This document shows, piece by piece, positions 38,755 to 49,370 of a stretch of 64,000 bases of DNA. The first letter of the stretch is position 1; each line of letters starts with the position of its first letter. Below the pieces are notes generated by a model. It saw only the letters and a list, made by a program, of their open reading frames with translations. It did no database searches and was not told the origin of the DNA. The position numbers and the translations under genes were made by a program. The DNA comes from Okamejei kenojei (Eukaryota), in the NCBI GenBank assembly GCA_035221665.1, contig CM069141.1, positions 25,358,001-25,422,000 on the forward strand. Reading direction: 5' to 3'.

Positions 38755-39272
38755 ATGTGGTTTAAGAAGACAAATAGATGAACAACAGAAAATGGCTTAA
38801 ACGATACAATGAACGGTTAAATAAATGTGTGATGATGAGCAAAAAGCTGTTAATAGAAAAGTTTAAAGAAGAGAGGCTTGTCGGTCGAGACAAAAGTATG
38901 CAGGACCTATTGCGATTAGGACACTTCACTATAGTCCAGCATTGAGCCTCCTTCACTGAGCAATGGACAAATGGTTATGCATTGCAGAATGTTATTATAC
39001 AACAAGAGCAGATAAATACGCAGCGCCAGGAAATTGAGCAACAGAGGGAGCTGCTAGAAAATGATTACCTGCAGTCATGTGTCAGATCCCACCTACAAAT
39101 AAGGAATAGAAACAGAGGAAATGTTAACTATAGCAGAATATCAGGAACAGAAATAAATCTGCAAATTAGATTAGGATATCTAAAAAGGGAAGAGGCAGAG
39201 ATACAGGTAGAACTAGAGTGATTAGAAAGAGTGCGCAATTTACACAGAAGGGAACGGAAAAGGATAACACAT
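38755..39272 (+). pseudogene. TLK2: Captured Tousled-like kinase (TLK2-like) coiled-coil region, intronless
   Basis: [11 protein letters not shown] / [69 protein letters not shown] / MCQIPPTNKE*KQRK / LTIAEYQEQ / RLGYLKREEAEIQVELE*LERVRNLH, collinear with my recollection of vertebrate TLK2. Confidence 0.85.
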
Positions 39273-39357
39273 AAAGCAAGGGTAATGTATGTGGTTTAAG
39301 GAAGATGAGTGGAATGAAAAATTATAAGTGATAAGTTTAGATACGATTATTACAGTT

Positions 39358-40115
39358 ATAGAAACATAGAAACATAGAAATTAGGTGCAGGAGTAGGCCA
39401 TTCAGCCCTTCGAGCCTGCACCGCCATTCAATATGATCATGGCTGATCATCCAACTCAGTATCCCGTACCTGCCTTCTCTCTATACCCTCTGATCCCCCT
39501 TAGCCACAAGGGCCACATCCAACTCACTCTTAAATATAGCCAATGAACTGGCCTCAACTACCCTCTGTGGCAGAGAGTTCCAGAGACTCACCACTCTCTG
39601 TGTGAAAAAAGTCTTTCTCATCTCGGTCTTAAAGGATTTCCCCCTTATCCTTAAGCTGTGACCCCTTGTCCTGGACTTCCCCAACATCGGGAATAATCTT
39701 CCTGCATCTAGCCTGTCCAACCCCTTAAGAATTTTGTAAGTTTCTATAAGATCCCCTCTCAATCTCCTAAATTCCAGAGAGTATAAACCGAGTCTATCCA
39801 GTCTTTCTTCATAAGACAGTCCTGACATCCCAGGAATCAGTCTGGTGAACCTTCCCTGCACTCCCTCTATGGCAATAATGTCCTTCCTCAGATTTGGAGA
39901 CCAAAACTGTATGCAATACTCCAGGTGTGGTCTCACCAAGACCCTGTACAACTGAAGTAGAACCTCCCTGCTCCTGTACTCAAATCCTTTTGCTATGAAA
40001 GCTAACATACCATTCGCTTTTTTCACTGCCTGCTGCACCTGCATGCCTACTTTCAATGACTGGTGTACCATGAACCCAGGTCTCGCTGCATCTCCCCTTT
40101 TCCTAATCGGCCACC
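39358..40115 (-). mobile_element. Young 5'-truncated CR1 LINE inserted in the LTR element
   Basis: Open frame VKKANGMLAFI..VRPHLEYCIQFWSP..RGDLIETYKIL..RVVSLWNSLP, with an (TTTCTATG)n tail. Confidence 0.95.
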
Positions 40116-41124
40116 ATATGTGGATGTAATGTAAGATTACTGTAATAATATAATTTTGCAAGTTAATCAATTATATTTAATGTAAACAAAATGGTGTTAT
40201 CTGCCTCCAAGTTAAAGGGGGAGCAGTGTGGTGTGTATTATATAAATTGTGTTACCTGCCTCCAAGTTAAAGGGGGAGCAGTGTGATGTATGTGATATAA
40301 TTAGCATATGTTATGTCTTGTGCGAGGGGACGTATGCGCTGGGGGAGACTCAAGGTGGCGTCATAGAATAAAGAAGCTTGTTAGTTTACTCCTGTATCTG
40401 AGTGTTCTTTTAAGTCAGTTCCAAGCACCCAAATACACTACAACTGTGAACATAACTCATCTCAGTGACTACAGTACGTGAAGCAGTTTGTTCCATCACG
40501 ACAGCTGATCAATGTAGTCTGCTGGTGGCCAAGGTTTGCAAACAAATATTCCTTTTTAATAAACATAAATTACACCTGTGATAACTGAATGACATCTCTT
40601 CCAACTTCTCTGTTGTCTAACCTGTCCTCACAAATATCTATAAATATGCAATAACAAAAAAAAACTGCTCAGTGGATCAGTTGACATTTGTGGAGGGAAA
40701 TGGATGGACCATGTTTCAGGGCACACTCTTCTTCAGACTCTTATAGATGCTTCCTGACGTGCTGAGTTCCCCCAACACGTGTGCTTTTGCTCAGAATTCC
40801 AGTGTCACTTGTGTCTTTAATTTCCATAAGTTGATTTAATGAGCCTTTGTCATCAATGTTCACAGTTAAAAATTATTTTGAGGAATAAGAACTCTGAGCT
40901 TGACGGTGCATTGATAGGTTCTTATTTTAGTGAACTCTTGCTTGTTGTCATGGAAACTACCACATGAACTCTCTGGAGAAAATAGATAAGTATATTATGC
41001 CCAACAAACAAAGTGCTGGAGGGGCACAGTAGGGCAGACAACATCTGTGGAGGGAAATGGGCAAGCGTCATTTTAGGATGGGACCCTTCTTCAGACTCAG
41101 TTACAAATACAACCTGACATAATA

Positions 41125-41370
41125 TACAAACTGCAGATGATGGCTTAAATCGAAGATAGACACCAAATGCTGGAGTAACTCAGTGGGACAGGCAGCATAT
41201 CTGGAGAGAAGGAATGATGTTTCGAGATGTTGGGGAGAATAGGTGATGTTCCGGGTCGAGACCCTTTTTCAGTCTGAAGCAGGGTCTCGACCCGAAACGT
41301 CTCACATTCCTTCTCTCCAGAGATGCTGTCTGTCCCGCTGACCACTTCGGCATTTTGTGTCTATCTTCAA
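41125..41370. repeat. Fold-back palindrome of the Penelope-end repeat with two hammerhead-like cores
   Basis: CGGGTCGAGACCCTTTTTCAG-T-CTGAAGCAGGGTCTCGACCCGAAACGTC at the centre; the arms end in GAAGATAGACAC / GTGTCTATCTTC. Confidence 0.8.
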
Positions 41371-41528
41371 GTATATTATGTCACTGGGTTAATCTTATTT
41401 GTGTCTCTGAAATAATAATTCTTTTCCTGCAGATTCTTCAAATCTCAGTCAGTTTTAAATGTTCTGTGATTCCTCATGAAAATCAAAGAATAACTTGCAA
41501 ATACTGAACATCTGAAATGAAGGAATAA

Positions 41529-42223
41529 AGGGCCTGTCCCACTTACGTGTCCTTGGCACGCAAATTACGCGACCTTGTGGTCGCATTGAGGCGTATGGGC
41601 ATCATATGGCTGCGCGAGGCCGGTCCCACTTAGAAGCGCGGAGGGGTATGTAGTTGTGCGCGACATCACGCGGGGCTCCGAAATTTTTGTAGTGAACGTA
41701 ATCATCGCACCACAACGGCCTGTCGCAGAACTGACGGCCAAAGTGGGACAGGCACAAGACCCTGACGCGACGCAACGTCTCGCCTTCAACAGCAACAGTA
41801 GCAGGCAAATGATCGCTGAACTCGGATTGGGGCTCATGGCCGTTGCGGTCCGGATCTGCCCCCACTTCTACTCCCAGAGCGGGTCCAAGAAAATTGAAGA
41901 TAGACACAAAATGCAGGAGTAACTCAGCGGGACCGGCAGCATCTCTGGAGAGAAGCAATGGGTGACGTTTCGGGTCAAGACCCTTCTTTTCAGGCTGAAG
42001 AAGAGTCTCGACACAAAACGTCACCCATTGCTTCTCTCCTGAGTTGCTGCCAGTCCCGCTGAGTTACTCCAGCTTTGTGTCCATCTTCAAATGATGTCAC
42101 GCGCTCTGGACGGCTGTGCGTACACATGTAATCGCGCCCGACCTTCATGGGACCATTGCGGCTTAACGTGACCACGAGGTCACGTGATTTACGTGCCTAG
42201 GACACGTAAGTGGGACAGGCCCT
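41529..42223. mobile_element. Harbinger-type MITE, family B, containing a Penelope-end palindrome (about 41895-42089)
   Basis: TIR AGGGCCTGTCCCACTTACGTGTCC extends about 55-65 bp imperfectly; TAA TSD. Confidence 0.88.
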
Positions 42224-42480
42224 TAAGACAATGAACTCAACTTGACTTAGTTTGAAATGAAAAGACTCTCTAAGTCACGACTTCAGCATAGCATGAATAT
42301 TTTATTCCAGGAGCCTCTCTGGAATTGTGGCAAAGCCCTCTTATGAAAAATTATAACAACAGAGGATGACAACTATGTCATATTTTTAATAGAACTATTG
42401 TGGTTTGCCTTTTGACCACTGTTCATGTTGTGTCTCATTTTAAGTGCATTTGTCACACCTTCAGTTACCTTAATCCAAAT

Positions 42481-42815
42481 AAGGGCCTGGATAGAGTGGA
42501 TGTGGAGAGTATGTTTTCACTAGTGGAAGAGTCTAGGACCAGAGGTGATAGTCTCAGAATGAAAGAACGTTCCTTTAAGAAGATGAGAAGAAATGTCTTC
42601 AGTCACAGAGCGGTGAATCAGTGGAATTCATTGCCACACAAAGTTGTGGAGGCCAAGTCAATGGATATTTTTAAGGCAAAGATAGATAGATTGTTGACTG
42701 TCAGAAGTTATGGGGAGAAGGCAGAAGATTGGGGTTCGGAGGAAGAGATAGATCAGTCATGATTGTATGGCAGAGTGGACTTGATGGGCTGAATGGCATA
42801 ATGCTGATGCTATCA
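42481..42815 (+). mobile_element. CR1 LINE 3' end
   Basis: KGLDRVDVESMFSLVEESRTRG...VNQWNSLP. Confidence 0.85.
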
Positions 42816-44869
42816 CATGAAGTTATCGCTTCATTTGCATATTATCATGTCTCTTCATTTGCATATTAAGGTATTGTCATCCAATTTCTTTTGAAATATC
42901 ATTAGCAGTATAGCTTTTAAGAAATTAGGATTAAAAACCAAGGCATCTACAATAGAAACTTTAGGATCACTCTCAGTGCCACATGCTATTTTAGGTTTAA
43001 AATAATGGTCAGCTAGAAAGTTGTTGCAAGAAGAAGGGTGTCATATACTTGAGCTATTGGGATCAGTTCTGGGGAAGGTAGTACCTGTACTGATCAAGCA
43101 GAATGCACTACGATATTAGGACCAGGACACTAAAAACAAACAATATTGAAACATCAGGCATCATCTGCAGAAAGATAAATAGCGTTAATGTTTCATGTCA
43201 AAGATTTTCAATGGTCAGGGCATTTTAGTCCTAAAACCAATTTTGTGTGAACTATTACAAGTTCATCAATTAAAAGTGAAGAACTATATTTTGTTTAAAG
43301 AGAACAAATCAACACCAGTCATTTATGACCTGTACCAGTCCATTCTTCATTGATTTAAAGCTCACAGAAAACTGCAATGACAATCCATTTATGCTGATTT
43401 CTCAGAGATCATGCATTTCACACCCAATAATGGTGCTTATTAGCATTATTTTATCTAATTATTCAATCCAACCCACGTCTTCCAAAATAATTGCATTGAT
43501 TGGCACTTCACAATTCCAAGAAATGTTAAACATTCTTATGGCAGTTCAGGAACTAAAAGTGGAAGAGAAACAAGTCTAATTATGCTTCATAGAATGAAAA
43601 ATGGGCCCAGCAATTGATAGAGTAATCCAGCCTTTTCTTATAATGGGGAGTTTCCTTCCAAAGATGTTAATTAGTTCATTGTTTTATTACAAAATTATTA
43701 ATTACGCACATACTTAAAAAAATCAGGATTATTTTACACGGTGGAGAAACATCATTTTCAAGATAGTGCCCATGGGTTCTCTGCCTAATACAAAAGATGA
43801 CTTTTTCCATTTAGCTCTATTGATTTGTTTGCTGGTAATATTTTAAGGAAACAATACTGCTTTAAAGGGTCAATTTCCTTTGAATATCATAATACTATTA
43901 TTTATAAGATTTATAGGATTGCTTTTACCCTGTAAGATTTTTCCAATCAATATATAACCTTTATAACTGAAAATATATTTTGATTTTATTTTCAGATTTA
44001 TAACTCAAATAAATAAATAACATCATTGCATTTCAGTGTAAAGATGATATTACTTCAATTGTTATGTGGTAGCATTTATTTAGATAATTGAATAAATTAA
44101 TTATGTAAAGAGTAACTATGGTTTTAAATGAGGTCATTTTGGATGGGTTTTTTTTACATTCATTAATATTAAGTCTTCTTCCTTTCCTTAAGCAGCCCTT
44201 TGATAGCAAAGATGACGTCTCTGGTTCTCTGGTTCTAAGGTGGCTGATGAGGCAATTGTGAGAATTGCAGCTTCTTCCACAGCAAGTACTAAATGAAGTG
44301 GGCAGATAGATAGTCCAATCCTTCTACCATTTATGCAAAGTCTCTGTGCTCCTAATGTTTAGACTTGAGGTTCTTTAAACAAGCCTTTATACAGATCTTC
44401 CAAAGTAATTATATTCCCCACATTCAGTGGTGAACTATTAGATTTCCATCTCCAATGAACTGTTAACTTCCTTGATCTCCACACTTCAATGTTTTGTGCG
44501 GGCTCACTGCTATTCCAGTAGCATTGGGTCTAATAAATATCGGTAGTTCCAAGAATTCCTTTGAAATATAGATGATTAACAGGAGATTGTCAGCACCTGA
44601 CTATTAGTTTATTATGGTTGTGTGTACTAAGATATAGTAAAAATGTTTATTTGTGAGCTATCCATTCAAAGCTTACTATAATTTATTACAATCAAGTCAT
44701 ATGCAATACAACTGATGAAGGAAAAAAAAATACTGGAGAGCTGAATATAGTGGTATTGCATTGTAGTGGTACAACTACAGAAAAAATGCGGATTTTAAGA
44801 ATGGCAATGAGGTATGTTGGAAGATCAGGATTACATCCTTAGTTTATGAGACATGCGTATGGCTATGCC

Positions 44870-45485
44870 GTCTAGTGTTTGACATTTCTACTCGGGGGAA
44901 AAGTTTTTGTTTGTCTATTCTTTCTATGCCTCTCATAATTCATATACTTTCATCATGTCTCCCCCAACCTCTGAAATTCCAGAGAAAAATTCCAAGTCTA
45001 TTCTACCTCTTCCTGTAGCTGAAACCCTCTAATCCAAGCAGCATTATGTTAGTCTCTTATGCACCATCTCCAAACCTTCCACCTCTATCCTGTAATGGGG
45101 CAACCAGAACTGTACGCTATATTCCAAACATGGCCTAACCAATGCCCTAAAGAACTGCATCATGACTTCCTGACTCTTATACTCAATGAAGCCAAGCATA
45201 CCATATACCTTCTTTCCCACCCTATCAACTTATGCTGTCACCTTCAGTGAACTATGAACTTGGACTCCAAGATCTCTCTGTACATCAATGTTGTTAGAGT
45301 CTTGCCATTAACTGTTTACTCCCTCCTTATATTCAACCTCCCAAAGTCTAACACCTCATACTCGCACGGGTTAAACTCCATCTACCATGCGTCCACCCAT
45401 TTCTGCAGCTGATCTATATCTTACTGGATCTTCTGACAGCCTTCCACATTGTCTGCAACTCCAATGTTGGTGTCATTAACACACT
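44870..45485 (-). mobile_element. Old CR1 LINE fragment
   Basis: CCAGAACTGTACGCTATATTCCAAACATGGCCTAACCAA is the reverse complement of the LVRP.LEY.VQFW region. Confidence 0.7.
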
Positions 45486-47089
45486 TCCAGGCTGTATTTC
45501 TAAACTAAACTATACTCTAAACATAGATATGTTTCGAGAGACAGCGTAGATCAGGGATGGCGTGGGCAACCATTGGTAGGTCAGTCTGCTATAACCAAAA
45601 TCCATTATAAAGAGGTCCATTAAAACAAGAGTTTACTGTGGGGATATTCTTAACAGAAACACTTTTTTATCATAAGCTGTAAAACATTTGCTGGCCTCCT
45701 AGTTTAATAATTCCTTTTTAATTTTTTTAAAATAAATAAATAAATTGATATGATAAATGAATAATAAATTGATGCCACGTTTGTCACAGTTAACCATCTG
45801 AGAGTTTCCTAGCATCTTCCTCACATATGTATCTGCCGGATAGCACACACACACACACACACGCTCCAATGATTTCCCGTAATCACCCGAGCACCAAGAA
45901 AACACAACTCATCACATTCTGCTACGCAAGACCTCCACACTGTATATAACAGTTTAATGAATGATACTTTCACTGTACAATGTTGTTGACTTGAGACCGA
46001 TGATCTATAATTCCTTATGAATGACATCCTGTTTAAACAACTGTTCAACTCTGTAAATTTAAACATCAGTCGAACTATGAACGTCTTGGTCCGCTGCTCA
46101 ACATCGTTAGCGGCTAGTCAGCCATGTGGAAGCAGCACATCAAAGCAATGCACAGAACAATACACTGATCAGATTGTCAATCAATCTGTAGGGAGATGTA
46201 TTGAAGGATAACATGACAAGCCAGTGAACTCTACAACCCTTCAACAATGTGAAATTCCTCACAAGAGACTAACTGAGATTCGCATTAAACCATTAAACAT
46301 TGGAATGGAATACTCTATGGAATAATTTATTGTCAGATGTGACAAGGCACAGTTAAATTATTTGAATGCATACCCGAGGTAAACGAATAGCGACCATGTA
46401 CGGTGCTGACAAAGTTACAAAGTACGCCGGCTCCTTCTTTGTTCCCCCCCCCCCCCCCCCACCTCTACCCCACAACTGTTCCCCCTCGCCGGGTCCTCCA
46501 TTGTCCATTGTTCTCACCCCCCTCCTTCCCCATTGTCCATTGTGCTCCCCAACCCCTCCCCCCCCCCCCATTGACCATGTCAGGAAGAGAGGGGATCACA
46601 ACTGACAAGGTTTTGGCAGTAAAATTATCATTTTTGAGAAAGCTCAAGGCAATTTTCTCTGAGCAATATAATGCAAAACTACCGCCAGGCCGACTTGGTT
46701 AAAATCAGTCCTTAGAATTTCTGAATGAAGATGAAGAAAAGATTATTAAGTGATTATGAAACTTAAATAATTGAAATTGGATTATTGGATTAAAGGATTT
46801 TGTTTATTGCAGTTAATTTTATTTACTTCAAAAATGTTTACTTGTCATATCCACCTGATATGAACTGAAACAATGAACGCCCTACTTGCTGGAGATCTAC
46901 AGGCACATTTGACCACCATCAGCAACAAATAAATATATAATAAATTGTCAGTTATTCTAAGGGGACCAGATCATGATGGAGCAAAAACTAAAGTGCGTTG
47001 AGTAACCATTGTAGTACAAACTTAGTAATGGCATGGTGCTGAGGACTGGTTGAATAGTGGCTTGGTTTGGCAACTTGAGCGTCTAGGAA

Positions 47090-47510
47090 AAGAATGCAGA
47101 ACGGTTTTGACCATTGCCCAGTCCATCATCGGCTCTGACCTCCCCACCATCGAAGGGATCTATCGTAGTCGCTGCCTCAAAAAGGCTGCCAACATCATCA
47201 AGGACCCACACCATTCCAGCCACGCACTCATCTCTCCGCTACCATCGGGTAGAAGGTACAGGAGCCTGAAAACTGGCACATCTAGGTTGGGGAACAACCT
47301 ATTATCCACAGCCACCAGGCTATTAAACACTAACAAACAGGCTATGAACTGTAACAGCCTATTGCACTTTATCTGTTTATTTATGTGTATATTGAATTGA
47401 ACTGAATTGTTCTGTATTAATGCTTACAATATTCTGTTTTGTGCAGCAAGCAATAATTTCATTGTCCTATCTGGGACACATGACAATAAACTCTCTTGAC
47501 TTGACTTGAA
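47090..47510 (+). mobile_element. Rex1/Babar-type LINE 3' end with (CTTGA)n tail
   Basis: AQSIIGSDLPTIEGIYRSRCLKKAANIIKDPHHSSHALISPLPSGRRYRSL, then AATAAACTCTCTTGACTTGACTTGA. Confidence 0.8.
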
Positions 47511-48808
47511 GTTAATGACATTTCCACAAACCCATTACCAACATATTGTGTAAAATAATTCACCACATATTTAATGTATGTTACAAATACACAATCACAA
47601 TTCCGGTCTCTTTGTTGCACCCATGCACTATAGTGTGAAATATTCCCAGAAATGTCTGCTTTTATTTCAAATTTCCAATATCTCCAGTTTTTATTTTAAT
47701 TCATTTTTTGTTATTTGCATTCAAATTCCTCTTTTCACCCAAATGCTTTAAAAAAAAGACTTTTTTAAGTAAGTAAAGATTTGGAGATTCAGTGAGTAAT
47801 TTGAGCTTTGTGGTACAAGAATAATATTTGGATGGTAAAGAGTTACTGAAGTAATCTGATTGGAAGGTAAACAAGATTGGGGTTTTAATTTCCTAATGTT
47901 TGGTTCTTTGGAAAATAATTGGTATGGCTAGATCATTATTTTTCATCAATAACTCCATTATTATTGACTGCCAAGATGGTGAAGGGCCAGCTGGGTGGAC
48001 CTTTGTTTTCTTAGTCTAACAATTCATATATTACCAGTCAATATACATGGATACAAACACACACAGAACCACAACAGCTTCACAACACATTTCACATCGT
48101 TTGTTTAAATGATAGCCATTTCATAATATTTTGAACGTTAACATTATTTTGAAAAAGCAAATTAATTTTCAGCAAATGCAATCATATTTTCTTCTAAGTG
48201 CTAAGTTCCAATTTAATATTATCAAAATGTTATAATGAAATGGGAAAGAGTCACAAACTTTACAAGCTTCCTATAAACAGAGAGATTTGAACTGCGTACA
48301 GAACTGATACAATTGTGGCAATTCTGAGGTATGGAAGAAATTAGAATGAAACTCCTAGAATAGCTACCTGTGGCAGTGTAAAATAAAACTGTAGAATGCT
48401 GCTCTGTTAAAGATGGGTTTCTAATATGTTGAAAAATAGAATCCATCTTTTATACTGCAGCTTAGAAATTCATTCTCTGCCAATGCAGTAAACATGCAAT
48501 ACATTTATGCATATCTGCTGAAATTCATGTTTGAAATTCAATTGCATTGAATAGTAGATATTGAAAAAAAAAAGGATTTTTTCAGCAGTGTTGCTGGATC
48601 TTTGCAGACTTTTGTTCAAGAAGTAAGTGATAGGTGCGGTCACTGCTTTGCTGGAACCAAAATCCACGCTATCGTTGAAGACTGATTTTGTTGATGTGAT
48701 GTGTTTAAATAATTAATGGCGTATATGTATGCTCTCACCATCACTGTAAAGATTTAGTACTAAGTATCCAAGGTTAATCCAATTCTCATGGTGCATTGGT
48801 GTACAGTA

Positions 48809-48902
48809 CTGAAGAAGGGTCTCGACTCAAAACATCACCCATTCCTTCTCTCCAGAGATGCTGCCTATCCTGCTGAGTTACTCCAGCATTTTGTGTCTAC
48901 CT
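48809..48902 (+). repeat. Penelope-end repeat
   Basis: CTGAAGAAGGGTCTCGACTCAAAACATC...TTACTCCAGCATTTTGTGTCTAC. Confidence 0.75.
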
Positions 48903-49370
48903 GTACAGTACATTATTTCCTTCTGCAAGGAATAATGCATAATTTCACAACACTAACATTCTGGGCAGAGAAATACGAGAATCCTACTTCACAGCAGAAG
49001 GAATCACAGTAGAGCAGTAGAGGTCTGTTCAGGGCATAATAATGGGAATCACTCAAATGTAATCCCTCTGTTTCGTGCTCAATTGTCGGAGTACTTTCCC
49101 AACAAGGATAATATTCAAATCTCCAAAATATATATCTAGGTGTAAATAAAATTCACAAGAAGGTTTATGTTTTATTTATTAGGAAATGGACTTCAAAAAG
49201 ACAGACCAAGAGAATGCAAAATTATATTACAAAATCAGCCATGAAACAGTTGTAGTAAAAAAAAAAAAAAAAAACAGTTGGAAAGTCTTCACTCAAAACT
49301 CATTTATAGGAAAATCAACATAGCTGAAAGGCAACAGAGGTCAATTCAGTTATTTGGGGTTTTATGATAT

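Larger units (their letters stand above)
36416..40442 (+). mobile_element. Non-autonomous Gypsy-type LTR retroelement carrying captured host gene fragments
   Basis: 161-bp TG..CA LTRs (36416-36576 and 40282-40442; 6 mismatches by my count), ACTGT TSD, PBS TGGGCAACGAGGGTGGGAT resembling the complement of the tRNA-Ser(GCU) 3' end, PPT AAAGGGGGAGCAG, AATAAA in the LTR. No PR/RT/IN motifs of its own. Confidence 0.93.

Noticed and set aside
37351-39272. Genuine host ASPM or TLK2 exons
   Set aside because: Stops, frameshifts, interleaving of two genes, and enclosure by LTRs with a TSD indicate captured fragments.
45585-45640. Tigger/pogo-like terminal sequence
   Set aside because: Only one degenerate end seen; no matching TIR or TSD found.
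48586-48622. Possible 37-nt micro-exon (TTTTTCAG ... GTAAGT)
   Set aside because: Weak pyrimidine tract, no partner exons and no recognisable peptide.
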